Shown: one piece after another, positions 21,468-32,285 of the stretch
Layout: the number at the start of each line of letters is the position of its first letter
Position numbering within the stretch: the first letter of the stretch is position 1
Assembly (NCBI GenBank): GCA_963422375.2
Contig: OY729428.2
Location: 3,360,001-3,424,000 of the forward strand
Source of the DNA: Bryobacterales bacterium
GTDB lineage: Bacteria > Acidobacteriota > Terriglobia > Bryobacterales > UBA6623
DNA: 64,000 bases
Direction: 5' to 3'
The notes under the pieces: model-generated
The model's database searches: none
Told to the model about the DNA's origin: nothing
Seen by the model: the letters and a program-made list of their open reading frames with translations, nothing else
Made by a program: the position numbers and the translations under genes

Positions 21468-22017
21468 TTAACCGAGAGGTCGCGCTACTGAGACCGCCCC
21501 TCGGGAGCGTCGGACGGCTGGCAGGGCTGTGGCGCCGCCACCGCCGCGGGTCCGCCCGGTGGCGGGCCCGCGGCCGGATGCACTCCGGCGGAAACCGGCT
21601 TCGACGGCCGACCGCTCGCCGGACGCGGCCGGGTCGAGGCCGTCGAGTAAGTTGCGGGGCCGGTTGTCGCGGGGGATGCGGCCCGCACCGAACAGGGTCC
21701 GGCAGTTGGAGCGGGAGCCGTCCCGCTCCATACTCCACTGGAACTCGAGGAACGACTCGCACCGGGTGAACCAGCAGGCCGGGGCGCAACCGGCGGCATC
21801 GCAGACCGGGTAGCGCGTGTTGCGACCGGTGCGCCGGGCGGGCAGGCTGGCGGCCGTCTCGCGGAAGGCGTTCGGAAGCGGGTCCAAGACCTGCGGCATC
21901 CATCCTGGCTCGCAAATTGCCCTAGGAATAGCTATGTGCCTGCCCGCGCCAGCCTTTCTTCGACACCCTTCTCGGACACTCTGGAAATTCCAGAGTGCTC
22001 AGAATGAGAATCGCTGG
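21468..22017 (-). mobile_element. ISNCY-type transposase N-terminal fragment with probable left end
   Basis: LP.RRTGRNTRY...DA, FT..ESFLEFQ, SNCRTLFG...IP.DN..RNLLD; candidate end CCAGCGATTCTCATT at 22017. Confidence 0.6.
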
Positions 22018-23018
22018 TTCGTACCGGCTTAGCACATAGGCGCAGCAGGCCCTTCCGGCCGTTGGCTGCGGCCACATTACGTGGCGGTTGTTTTCGGATC
22101 GCTCCGCTGCTAGGCGCAGCGCCAGCGAGACGATCCAGAGAGAGCGTCTGTCGGGTTTCGGTCGGCGAGCCAGCCAGCGAGGTAGTGGCGCAGGGCCGAC
22201 ACCCCTTGCCCTAACGTCCGCTCGGAATGAACTCTGCGGCACGACGGAGGATCAAGGAGCATCGAGCATCGTGCAAAGAAGGGCGGAGACCAGCGGGCTG
22301 GAATCCCACCAAGACGGACGCGCTGGACTTGAGAATGGTCGTGCAGTGGGGATGATCGGTGCGCCGGGAGCCGCTGCGGGGTGCCATCGTAGCCCAGCGG
22401 CCGGATGCCGAGAGTCCGCATGGCGAGGCTGCCGGATCGTTCCGCCCGTGCAGTCCGGTCCTGCAACGGGTGGCGGCGGGACGCAGGATCCTGCGGTCGT
22501 CCCCGGGTCGCCCCTCCGGTTGTATCATTCGCGGAACCGGCCGGGTGCGATAGCGCTGTCCGGACTGCTCGGAAGCAGCACCCGGCAGAGGTCAGAATGG
22601 CGTTCGCAGCCCAGGGGCTGACCCACTCGGAATCCGGTGATTGGATGTGACAATTCCCGGGCTCTTGCCAATTGGCGGCGACGCGATGACACAGGTCGCG
22701 TCACCTGCCCTTCCGTCGGTGGAGTGTACAGTTGACCTCTCGGTCCCACCGTCCGTCCCGTCGGGAGTCCCGGCGTGCCCCATCGTCGCGAGGCCCGCGA
22801 CGATGGGGGGCCTTCTCCCGGTTGTGTTCCGCAATGACGCGCTCGATTCGCAAGGATCCCGAGGCGCGGCTTCCGCGTCGGATCCGTCACTTGGACGCCG
22901 GCCGGCAGAACTGGGGCACCGCGGGCAAGCGAGTCCCAGCCGAGTCCACAGCCTTCGGCACAAGAGATAGACCCAGCCCGCTGCTTGTAAGATAGAAAGC
23001 GATTTCTGTTTTGCAAGA

Positions 23019-24188
23019 GTGATCCCCCGCCGTATCAGTCCTCTCCTGCGAGCCCGACTCGCCGCTTATCCCGCCGTCGCCATCGTCGGGCCGCGTCAGA
23101 GTGGCAAGACGACGCTGGCATCCTCCTTGGGGGGGCGCTATTTCGACCTTGAGCAGGAGCCCGACAGATTGCGAGCCGACCTTGAGTGGCCGACCCTGAC
23201 GGGCGGCGACCAGCTGGTAACGTTCGATGAGGCGCAGACATGGCCCGAACTCTTCGGGCGCCTTCGGGGCGCCATTGACAGCGACCGGAAGCGCAACGGT
23301 CGCTTCCTGCTGCTGGGATCGGTCTCTCCCGCGTTGATGACCCGGGTTTCGCAGTCGCTCGCGGGCCGTCTTGCGCTCCTGGAGCTGACTCCGTTGACGC
23401 TATCGGAGCTGCCGGACCCGAAGCAGCGCGAGCGGCACTGGCTCGTTGGGGGCTATCCCGACGGAGGCGTGCTGATACCAAGCTGCTTCCCGACCTGGCA
23501 GCGGGACTACCTTGACCTGCTGATCTATCGGGACTTGCCTCAGTGGGGACTCGCGTCCAAGCCCGCGGTCACGCAAAGACTGGTCCGAATGCTGGCTGCC
23601 GCTCATGGCCAAGAGTGGAACGCCAGCCAGATCGGTAAGGGACTAGCCGTGTCCTACCACACCGTCGACAGCTACGTAAGCCAATTGGAAGGCGCCTTTC
23701 TCGTACGCCGCCTGCCGGCGTACAGCGCCAACATTCGGAAGCGCCTGGTCAAGCGCCCCAAGCTTTACTGGCGGGATTGCGGTCTGCTCCACGCCATCCT
23801 CAACGTTGCGGACCGCGAGACTCTCCTTTCCCAGCCGTGGGTGGGGGCAAGCTGGGAAGGGTACGTCGTCGAGCAAGTGCTAGCGGAGCTTCGCAACACC
23901 GGTCGTGGATTCGAGGCCTACCATCTCCGCACGAGCGACCAACGCGAGATTGACGCCTTGGTCGAAGTCGACTCGGAGCTCTGGGCCCTCGAAATCAAGC
24001 TAACGACCCGGCCCAGTCCTAGAATGCTTGCGCGCTTGGACGCCAATGCGGACATGGTCGGAGCCGACCGGCGGATCCTGGTGTGCCGACAGAGCGAGTT
24101 CTTGGACGGGGGATCCAGATTCGTCTGCGATCTGGACGGTATCCTCCGCTACATCCGGGAGCGGCTTGCGCCCCGCGACAGCGCGTAG
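23019..24188 (+). CDS. AAA+ ATP-binding protein (AAA_14 + DUF4143)
   Basis: GPRQSGKTT, FDEAQ, LLGS, SLAGR, GGYP, KRPKLYWRD.G, EID..LEIK nuclease-like tail. Confidence 0.92.
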   Translation: MIPRRISPLLRARLAAYPAVAIVGPRQSGKTTLASSLGGRYFDLEQEPDRLRADLEWPTLTGGDQLVTFDEAQTWPELFGRLRGAIDSDRKRNGRFLLLGSVSPALMTRVSQSLAGRLALLELTPLTLSELPDPKQRERHWLVGGYPDGGVLIPSCFPTWQRDYLDLLIYRDLPQWGLASKPAVTQRLVRMLAAAHGQEWNASQIGKGLAVSYHTVDSYVSQLEGAFLVRRLPAYSANIRKRLVKRPKLYWRDCGLLHAILNVADRETLLSQPWVGASWEGYVVEQVLAELRNTGRGFEAYHLRTSDQREIDALVEVDSELWALEIKLTTRPSPRMLARLDANADMVGADRRILVCRQSEFLDGGSRFVCDLDGILRYIRERLAPRDSA

Positions 24189-24276
24189 CCCTGCGGGCCC
24201 GTTCGCTAAAGACGAAGGCCGGAGGCCCGGAGGCCTCCGGCCGCGAGTGCGCCGGGAATGCTCAGGAGGGAATGAG

Positions 24277-25698
24277 CTAGATGTCGTAGTAGAGCGAGAA
24301 CTCGTACGGGTGGGGCCGCTGGCGAACCTCGTCCACCTCGGCCGAGCGCTTGTAGTCGAGGTAGCTCGAAATCAGCTCTTCCGTGAAGACGTCGTTCTGC
24401 GTCAGGAAGTCGTGGTCCCGCTCGAGCGCATCCAGCGAGCCCGCTAGGTCCTCCGGCAGCGCCGGCACGCTGGCAGCTTCCTCGGGGCTGAGGTCGTAGA
24501 TGTCCTTGTCGAGGGCCTCGCCCGGGTGAATCTGGTTCTGGATGCCGTCCAAGCCGGCCATCAGGCACGCCGCGAACGCCAAGTAGGGGTTGCAGGAAGG
24601 ATCGGGGTAGCGCAGTTCGACCCGCTTGGACTTCGGGCTCGCGGAGTACATCGGGATGCGGCAAGCCGCGGAGCGGTTCCGGCGCGAGTACGCCAGGCTA
24701 ACCGGCGCCTCAAAGCCCGGAACCAACCGCTTGTAGCTGTTGGTCGTCGGGGCCACGATAGCGGCCAGCGCGGGGGAGTGCTTCAGCAGGCCGCCGATGT
24801 AGTACAGCGCCGCGTCGCTGAGGCCTGCGTATCCGTCGCCCGCGAAGACGGGACTGCCGCCCTTCCAGATGGACTGGTGCGTGTGCATGCCTGAACCGTT
24901 GTCGTTCCACAGGGGCTTCGGCATGAACGTAGCCGACTTGCCGTTCTGGTAAGCCACCTGGCGCACGATGTACTTGTACAGCATCATGTTGTCCGCGGAG
25001 ATCACGAGCGTGTCAAAGCGCTGGTCGATCTCGCACTGGCCGCCGGTGGCCACTTCGTGGTGGTGGCACTCGACGTTGATGCCGCACCCCTCCATGACCT
25101 CGACCATCTCGGTGCGAATGTCCTGCAGGTGGTCCGTCGGCGGAACCGGGAAGTAGCCTTCCTTGTAGCGCGGCCGGTAGCCGAGGTTGTTGTCCGAGCG
25201 GCCGGAGTTCCAGCGGCCTTCCTCGGAGTCGATCTTGTAGAAGCCGAAGTTGTAGGACGAGTCGTAGCTGACGTTGTCGAAGAGGAAGAACTCGGCCTCG
25301 GCGCCGAAGAAGGCCGTGTCGCCGGCGCCGGTGTACTGCAGGTACTGCTCGGCCTTCTGGGCGATCCAGCGCGGGTCGCGCTCGTAGTGCTGCCTAGTGA
25401 TCGGGTCGACGATGTTGCACACGATGCACAGGGTCGGGGCCTCGGCGAACGGATCCATGAAAGCTGTGTTCGGATCCGGGATGATCAGCATGTCGGACTC
25501 GCTGATCGCCTGCCAGCCGCGGATGGAGGAGCCGTCGAAGCCGAAGCCGTCCTCGAAGCTCTCCTCGTTCAGCATGTGGAGCGGATAGGACACGTGCTGC
25601 CAGATGCCTGGCAGGTCGGCGAAACGCAGGTCCAGGATCCTAGCTTCCTGATCCCTTGCGAATTCCAAGACCTGAGCCGGTGTTCTTGCGGTAACCAT
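24277..25698 (-). CDS. glnA: Glutamine synthetase type I
   Basis: FDGSSI.GW, HHHEVA, FMPKP...[35 protein letters not shown]. Confidence 0.98.
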   Translation of the reverse strand: MVTARTPAQVLEFARDQEARILDLRFADLPGIWQHVSYPLHMLNEESFEDGFGFDGSSIRGWQAISESDMLIIPDPNTAFMDPFAEAPTLCIVCNIVDPITRQHYERDPRWIAQKAEQYLQYTGAGDTAFFGAEAEFFLFDNVSYDSSYNFGFYKIDSEEGRWNSGRSDNNLGYRPRYKEGYFPVPPTDHLQDIRTEMVEVMEGCGINVECHHHEVATGGQCEIDQRFDTLVISADNMMLYKYIVRQVAYQNGKSATFMPKPLWNDNGSGMHTHQSIWKGGSPVFAGDGYAGLSDAALYYIGGLLKHSPALAAIVAPTTNSYKRLVPGFEAPVSLAYSRRNRSAACRIPMYSASPKSKRVELRYPDPSCNPYLAFAACLMAGLDGIQNQIHPGEALDKDIYDLSPEEAASVPALPEDLAGSLDALERDHDFLTQNDVFTEELISSYLDYKRSAEVDEVRQRPHPYEFSLYYDI

Positions 25699-25891
25699 TA
25701 ACTCCTCCTAGGTAGCTGTGGTGAATGAAATGAAACTGATTCCCGTGCGCGAGGCGCCACGAAGCCACTCAGCTTGGCGAAATCCCATGCTAGCACAGGC
25801 CAACCGGCGATAAAGCGCGGCTTTGGGCCGTATCAAAACGATTTATAGGCCGCCGCCAGCGGGCGGGCGCGCCCGTAGCGGCTGCGTCCGC

Positions 25892-27127
25892 TCACCCTTC
25901 GCGCACCAAGGGCAGGGCGTCGGGATTGCCGGGGCCGAAGTGCTTGAGCATGACCAGGTTCTCGTCCGGGCTCCCGTTCGAGATTCGGACGCCCTCCGTC
26001 GCGGCCCCGGCCGTGACGAAGTACTCGTCCGCGGTCAGCTCGCCGTAGCGGATCATGGCGGGCGTGTGAGCGTCCCACACGCCGATGGTCCCCCTGCCTT
26101 GGGTCACGATCAGGCCGTACGCGGCCGCATCGGACACGGTCACGCTTCGACCGGGATGTACCGTCAATTCCTTGGCCGAGTAGTAGTTCGTGGAGTAGGT
26201 CACCCACGACTCGCCGTAGCCCGCCTCGGCCATCTCGTCCGGCTCGCGGACCGGGCGAGGCTCGAAGAAGCGGTTCTGCATGAAGTACGGATCGACGTTG
26301 GCTTCCCAGTCGAGCATTCCTATGATGTAGTCTAGGTCGCGGTGATGCTCGGGTGGAACGTCCTTCACCAGAAGATCCCACGGCACGGCGCGCCCCTCGA
26401 CCATCGACTGGAACATCCCGAACACGTCGGAGTTGACCTGCGGCTCGTACGTCACGGCGGAGCCCGGGGCATGCAGCACGCCGGCGGGAATCTGCCAGCC
26501 CGAGCCGGGCTTTAGCTTGTACGCCTTCGAGTGGTATAGAATCCCGTTGTCCCCCTCGTCCCAGCGCTCCAGGCAGCGGCGCACGTCGTCCTTCGAGGTG
26601 CCCGGCTCCAGCCCCATGAACGTGTACGCGAAGTTGTTCTCCTTGTAGTTGTACTGGGGAGGGAAGTAGTACGCCTCCGGCTTACCCCTGCGGCCCACTC
26701 GGGCGGCCGCCTCCTCGGTCTGGTGCATGTGGTGGGGGATCGGGCCGAGATTGTCGAAGAACTTGCAGAGCAAGTTCCATCCCCCGTGCTCGCTCATGAC
26801 GGCCTGCCCGAGGAATTCGTCGCCGATCTCGTCGATTGCCTCCTTCAGCAAGACCCTGCGCGCCCCGGCGCTGCCGTTCGCCGCGACGATGTAGCTCAGC
26901 CCCTCGTCCTCGGGCGTGCCGGGCCCGTTGTCGGCCTGTGTCGTCGAGGAGAACCAGCGCTCGTCGATCCCGCCTCGATGCGCGCCGAGAGCGTATAGGT
27001 CGCTCGGATGCAGTTTCAGCCGGCCGCCGGGCATCAGGAAGGACCTAGGCACCCAGCAGGGCGCTAGGCGCAGGACGCCCCCGCCCGCAGCGAGGGCACC
27101 TCTGAGCAGGTCGATGTTCTCGGACAT
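25892..27127 (-). CDS. Cupin-fold protein, class I mannose-6-phosphate-isomerase-like
   Basis: KFFD, PHHMH, GKPEAYYF, IPAGVLHAPG, YEPQ..SD metal-ligand pattern. Confidence 0.7.
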   Translation of the reverse strand: MSENIDLLRGALAAGGGVLRLAPCWVPRSFLMPGGRLKLHPSDLYALGAHRGGIDERWFSSTTQADNGPGTPEDEGLSYIVAANGSAGARRVLLKEAIDEIGDEFLGQAVMSEHGGWNLLCKFFDNLGPIPHHMHQTEEAAARVGRRGKPEAYYFPPQYNYKENNFAYTFMGLEPGTSKDDVRRCLERWDEGDNGILYHSKAYKLKPGSGWQIPAGVLHAPGSAVTYEPQVNSDVFGMFQSMVEGRAVPWDLLVKDVPPEHHRDLDYIIGMLDWEANVDPYFMQNRFFEPRPVREPDEMAEAGYGESWVTYSTNYYSAKELTVHPGRSVTVSDAAAYGLIVTQGRGTIGVWDAHTPAMIRYGELTADEYFVTAGAATEGVRISNGSPDENLVMLKHFGPGNPDALPLVREG

Positions 27128-27297
27128 GATCGACATGATACTCGACCAAGCGGATCCCGGCGTTCCGGGGCGGCTGGGAGAACGAGACGCTCCGGCAGGG
27201 TGCGCCCCGCTTGACTACAATTAGGGCAGTGTGGGCCGCTGACTGGTTGGCGAGCCCCTGCACGGTGTTCTCGCACGCTCCCGCGAGAGCTGCTCGG

Positions 27298-27382
27298 GCG
27301 AACGTGGCGGAATTGGCAGACGCGCTAGATTTAGGTTCTAGTGGGGCAACCCGTGGGAGTTCGAGTCTCCCCGTTCGCACCA
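27298..27382 (+). tRNA. tRNA-Leu (anticodon TAG)
   Basis: Acceptor GCGAACG/CGTTCGC-ACCA, D-loop GGAATTGGCAGAC, anticodon arm CTAGA-TTTAGGT-TCTAG, long variable arm, GTTCGAG T-loop. Confidence 0.97.
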
Positions 27383-28153
27383 ATTCGAGGGGCTAGCAGG
27401 CACGCTCGGCCCAGGCCAAGCGCTGGCTGGCGATTCAAGGCGCGCCGATGCTGCAGTTTCTGGTGCGAGTGGTGGTGGAGGAGGTTGTCCTGGGGCTTCT
27501 GCGACGCTGGAGACTGGGCTTGATCGTCATCGCGGCGATTTTCGTCATCCTAGCGGTCACGTGGATCGTCAGCTAGCGCGCTCGCGGCGACCGCAACCCG
27601 ACTTTCCTGCGGACTTGAGAGAGCTTGTCGGGCCGCCTCGGATCGGAGCATGGGGACGGGCGCTCGCCGAATCACGCCCGCTTCGTGCGAACATCTTCGG
27701 ACGAGCACTCGGCGAGTCCGTTCGGTCGCCAGAGAGGATGGGTTGGCCCCCGTGGCCTCGACCCAGTCGCTCTTTGCGCGGCGACCGGTCCGCTGCGACA
27801 GTTTATCGACCACTTGACTCGATCGATCGCAAGCGACCTGCCCCGCGCTTGCTGGTAGGCTCGGTCTCGTCGCGAGACTGGCGTACAGCGAGAAAGAATC
27901 GCCTGGCCGGAGACAACCTCCGCGACTGGCCATTTTCCGCTGGTCAGCGACTCCGCCGCGCCAAGCGGTCGAACGGCAATCCCAGCGTCGATCCCTTCGG
28001 ACAGTGCCTGTCCATTCATCAGCAATCCGGTCTAGGTCCACGCCTATCCGACCGATCAACTAGCACGTTCGGATGCTGCGATTTAGAATCCAACGCGGAG
28101 TCCGAGAGGCGTACTGCCCAAGAGATTGAATCGCTATAGGCATGTCAGGCATG

Positions 28154-28590
28154 TCACGGAGTTTGACGCCGACGAGAAAGGTAGCAGCTCGCCAGACCGT
28201 ATTCTGGACATTTTACATCCTGAACACTGGAATGCTCGAGGTCACACCCTTTCCGATGTTGCTCGTCCACTTGCCAAACTCTAGCTACCGTGCTGCATGT
28301 GTAGGCCCTTCCCCAGCACGATCATTTATCGAATTGCGGTGCAACCTTGTCAACACAGTGCTCAAGTTCACCATTGGTACACGTAGCTAATCCCACGGTC
28401 TAGAATACTTGAGAACAAGACTCCATGTATTCAGACCGACCGATCCCCTTCGGCCAGTAACCGAGATGCGATCTGTTCGGGCCACCAGATGCGTAGAGAG
28501 TGGCCAACAGCCCAAGTAATATGGTCACATGACTGCGATTTCAGACTCGTACATCTCAATCTTTCCGCCGGCCAACTCCAATTTTTAGTG
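28154..28590 (-). pseudogene. Decayed DUF7689-like protein (multiple stops and frameshifts)
   Basis: Manual translation: HITWAVG..RIWWPE / GYWPKGI / CTNGELE..VDKVA / GPTHAAR*LEFGKWTS / DLEH...EYG; family name from recall; start approximate. Confidence 0.6.
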
Positions 28591-28807
28591 ACAATATCGA
28601 AGTCTAAATGTATCCCTTGTTCTTACCCCATTCTAGTCAAGTGTAGGCCATTTTGACGAAGTTTCCTCGAATTGAGGGATCCACTGGGTCCACTCCCGCA
28701 ATCTCTCTGAGCGCCCAGAACCATTGGTCGGGCTCTTCATGCTCCAATTCCCATTGTAATTGTCGGAGAATCATGGGAAGTGCGCTCAATCCCATTACTA
28801 TAATCTG

Positions 28808-30621
28808 GTAACTGCCCAGGTACACGGGTCGGGTTTAATTGCAGCGCTGAGTGGACCGGTAGCGGAAGGGAGCCAGCGGAGGCGGGGCTGGGTCGTACGG
28901 TGCTGGTGGAGTGCCGCCAGCACGGCACGGGGCGCGGGGGCACCGCCAGGTGCTGGCGCGGCGGCAGTTGACGCCGACCGTCGAATACATGTATAGATGG
29001 GAATGTTCCTAGGCCACAGGTGCTGGGGAAAGCATGGCGGAAGCATGGCCAGCGGCGGAGCGAGCGGCGGTCGGCGAGATCGCCGGGCTGCGGGCGGGGA
29101 ACGCACGGTTACGGGCCGAGCTGGCCGCTTGGCAGCAGCGCGCCGAGGGGCAGCGCGCGGAGAGCGGCGGATTGCAGCAGCGCTGGGAGGAGTTGGAGCG
29201 CCAGGTGGGCCTGCACAGCGCTAACAGCGGCAAGCCGCCGTCGAGCGACGGGCCGCGCAAGCCGCCTGCGGAGCCGCGCACGCGCAGCCAGCGCGACCGC
29301 TCCGGCAAGCGCTCGGGCGGGCAGCCCGGGCACCGGGGTGCCACCCTGCAGCAGACCACCCGCCCGGATCACATCGAGAGCCGCCTGCCGCCGCAATGCG
29401 GCGGCTGCGGGGCGCCGCTGTCCGCAGCGGCCAGCGAGGGCCGGCCGGTGCGGCGGCAGGCGTTCGACTTGCCGCCGCCGCGCTGGGAAGTGACCGAGCA
29501 CCGCGCGCAGGCCTGCCGCTGCGGGTCTTGCGGCCAGCTGACACGGGCCGCGTTCCCGGCCGGGGTGAACGCGCCGGTGCAGTACGGCCCGCGCCTCGCC
29601 GCCACGGCGGTGTACTTGCAGAATGCGCATTGCCTGCCCGAGGAGCGTTTGGCCGAGATCTTGCGGGACCTGCACGGAGTGCGCGTGTGCGCGGCGACGC
29701 TGGCCGGCATGACGCGTCAGGCGGCAGAGCGCTGGCGGGAGTGCAGTGAGCGCGTGCGGGATCCGATCGCGGGCGCGGACAGCGTGAAACACTTGGACGA
29801 GACGGGGTTCCGGAGCGCCGGGCGGACGCAGTGGCTGCACGTGATCGGCACGCCGCGGCTGACGTTCTACCGGCCGAGCGCCCGGCGGGGCAGCCTGCTG
29901 GAAGGCCTGCGAGGCTGCTTGGTGCACGATCGCTGGAAGCCGTATTTCACGATCGCGGGCGTGCGGCACGCGCTCTGCAACGCGCATCATCCGCGCGAGT
30001 TGCAAGCGCTGGCGGACATTGACGGGGAGGCCTGGGCGGGCCGCATGCAGCGGTTGCTGCGGCGGGCGGGGCAGACGGCGCGGATCGCGCGCGAGCGGGG
30101 CATTCCGCTGCCGCCGTCGCTGGTGCGGCGCATCGAGCGGCACTACGACAGCTTGGTCGCGCGGGCGCTGGCCGAGCACGCGGCGCGGGCGCCGCTGCGG
30201 CCGCCGCGCCCGGGACGGCGCGGGCGCAAGAAGCGGCGCCCGGGCCACAATCCGGCGTTGCGGCTGCGCGACCGCAAGGAGGCGGTGCTGCGCTTCGTCC
30301 GCGATCCGCGCGTCCCGTTCACGAACAACCTGGAACAACCTGGCGGAGCGGGACCTGCGGATGATGCAGCTACGCATGAAGATCTCGGGCGGGTTCCGGT
30401 CCCGGCAGGGGGCGCAGGACTGCGCCACGCTGCGCAGCGTGCTGTCCACCGCGCGGAAGCAAGGCCGCAACCGCCTCGAGACCCTGCGGGAAGGGCCGGC
30501 CGCCCTGCAATCCTAGCCGGCACCCGCATCGTCCGCCCGCGTCGGATCGCAGCTGCTCGCAGCCCACACGTGCTCCCCCATACGCGCTCGGGCAGCTCGT
30601 CAGGTGTACCTAGGCAGTTAC
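28808..30621 (+). mobile_element. IS66-family element (single-ORF, ISBst12-like)
   Basis: Ends GTAACTGCCCAGGTACAC / GTGTACCTAGGCAGTTAC; 8-bp TSD ATAATCTG on both sides. Confidence 0.93.
29034..30516 (+). pseudogene. IS66 transposase (TnpC-like), frameshifted near the C-terminus
   Basis: NSGKPPSSD, GGQPGH.G, Zn finger, LDETG, LCNAHH.REL, VPFTNN then AERDLR...KISGGFRS in another frame owing to a 10-bp duplication at 30323-30342. Confidence 0.9.
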
Positions 30622-30936
30622 ATAATCTGCTGGTATGCGGAACACAATGCGCCTTCGGTGATTGACGATGAGAACGAGTTTCTCTGCTGGATCCACAATC
30701 TAGCAAGGCTGCGGAATTCCGCTACACCGGCGTCCAACCCATTGGTCCGGAAGGGCGGAGTTGACGAAAAACACAATTCCGCCAAGTGATGTGTGTGAGA
30801 AGCTGATTCGTAACCAGAGATCATTGCAGTGTCATCACTTGCCTTTTCGTGCTGAGGTTCAACCTCACGATGACAGTTCGATTGAATGGAGCCGCTAATG
30901 GCTGATTGAACAGCTGCGGCAACAGCCGCTTGGACC

Positions 30937-32271
30937 CTATCCCAAGACCTCCGTCAGCGCTCCCGTGCTGTCGCCGAACGCCTCGGTATTCGTGCCGAGG
31001 CTGCCCAGCAGCGTCACGAACAGATTGGACAGCGGCACGTCCTCGCCGAACTGGCGGAAGCTGCCGTGGGCCAGACCGAGATCGCTCCCGCCCGCCAAGA
31101 GCAGGGGGTAGTTCAGGTTCACGTGCGTCTGGCTGTTGCTGCTGCCATAAAGGATGACCGTGCTGTCGAGCAGCGAGCCGTCCCCCTCCGGGGTCTCCTT
31201 CAGCCGCCGTATGAAATAGGCGAGCTGCTGCGTCAGGAACAGGTGCCACCTGCCCAATGGCTCCGCTCCCTCGTCGCTCTTGCGGGCGTCGTGGGCCAGC
31301 TTGTGCATGTTGTCCGACAGTCCGAGGAGCTGGGGAAACTTCCCGGCGATCGAGGTCGCCCCGTTCATATTCCCCAGCTGGTACGTCGCCACACGGGTGG
31401 AGTCCGTCTGGAAGGCGAGGAAGATCAAGTCGTACATGGTCTTGATCAGCTCGCCCGGCGTCGAGTCGTCAGCCTCGAGGTGGAGCCCCGAAGCGTCCAC
31501 GGACGGCGTGGGAATCTCGAGCCACTGCTGCGAGCGATCGACTCGCCTCTCGATCTCCCGCACCGAGGCGAGGTACTCGTCCAGCTTGGCGCGGTCGTGC
31601 CTGCCGAGCACCGCCCGCACGGACTTGGAATGCTCCAAGACGAGATCCAGCATGCTGCGAGAGCTGTCGAGGCTCTGGCGGCGGGCCTCAAGCGAGCGCC
31701 GGTCGAGGCCGAACAGGCGGTCGAATACCACCCTAGGGCGATTCATGGCCGGCAGCGGCTGGCCGTTGGCGGCGAAGCTCAGGGTGCTCGATCGGGTCGG
31801 CTCGCCGACCCCGCCGTCCGTCGAAAGGACGAGCGACGAATGCCTCGTGAGGTCGCCCCAGCGCGCCGCCGCGACTTGGTCCATCGACACGGTGTTCTCG
31901 AGGTGCCCTTCCTTCAGCTCGGCCGAGGTGAGCCAAGTGTCCGCGGTGTCGTGGCCGCCCATGTTGCGGCCCTTCGGATGCGAGAGCCCGCCCAGCACCG
32001 TCAGTTCCGAGCGATGCGCCTCCAACGGGACCAAGCTCCCGGTGAGACGGTAGTCCCGCCCGGCCCCTTCCGGCGACCAGTTCCAGTGAGCCGCCGAGCT
32101 GCCCTTGGCCCGCTCGACGATGCCGTAGGGGAAGTAGGCCGCGCAGAAGCGCCTCGGACGCTCCCGTTGTCTGGCGTCCGCCTCCATGCATTCGAAGAAC
32201 GGGAGGGCGAGGGAGACGCCCGTCCCGCGGAGAAACGCGCGACGGCTGAGATACCAAGGCTTGGCGGACAC
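30937..32271 (-). CDS. DUF1552 domain protein (Tat-like RR leader)
   Basis: SRRAFLRGTGVSLALP, SMDQ, PR..FDRLFG, D..KLDEYL.SVRE.E, AFQTD.TRV.T, SLLD.T. Confidence 0.9.
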   Translation of the reverse strand: MSAKPWYLSRRAFLRGTGVSLALPFFECMEADARQRERPRRFCAAYFPYGIVERAKGSSAAHWNWSPEGAGRDYRLTGSLVPLEAHRSELTVLGGLSHPKGRNMGGHDTADTWLTSAELKEGHLENTVSMDQVAAARWGDLTRHSSLVLSTDGGVGEPTRSSTLSFAANGQPLPAMNRPRVVFDRLFGLDRRSLEARRQSLDSSRSMLDLVLEHSKSVRAVLGRHDRAKLDEYLASVREIERRVDRSQQWLEIPTPSVDASGLHLEADDSTPGELIKTMYDLIFLAFQTDSTRVATYQLGNMNGATSIAGKFPQLLGLSDNMHKLAHDARKSDEGAEPLGRWHLFLTQQLAYFIRRLKETPEGDGSLLDSTVILYGSSNSQTHVNLNYPLLLAGGSDLGLAHGSFRQFGEDVPLSNLFVTLLGSLGTNTEAFGDSTGALTEVLG

Positions 32272-32285
32272 GGACACCTTCCGGG

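Larger units (their letters stand above)
28604..30824 (-). pseudogene. Conserved helical hypothetical protein split by IS66
   Basis: Removing IS66 plus one TSD restores FRSLARLW...SSSI....SAYQQIIVMG..ALPMILRQL...EPDQWFWALREIAGVDPV....RGNF.KMA.T*LEWGK; also has a TGA at 28637-28639. Confidence 0.75.

Noticed and set aside
22030..22990. Several overlapping ORFs (similarly 17800-18740, 37800-38480, 59500-60080)
   Set aside because: No recognisable motifs or consistent codon bias; probably decayed DNA, left unannotated
25760..25810. Sigma-54 promoter upstream of glnA
   Set aside because: GG/GC spacing is 9 or 11 rather than the required 10
27400..28140. Possible integrase remnant or att site after tRNA-Leu
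   Set aside because: No convincing tyrosine-recombinase motifs and no repeat of the tRNA 3' end found by eye
2237..28639. In-frame TGA at probable Trp positions (2237, 3268, 28637) suggesting recoding
   Set aside because: The same regions use TGG for Trp, neighbouring genes carry TAG stops and frameshifts, and intact genes end in TGA; simple TGG>TGA decay explains it
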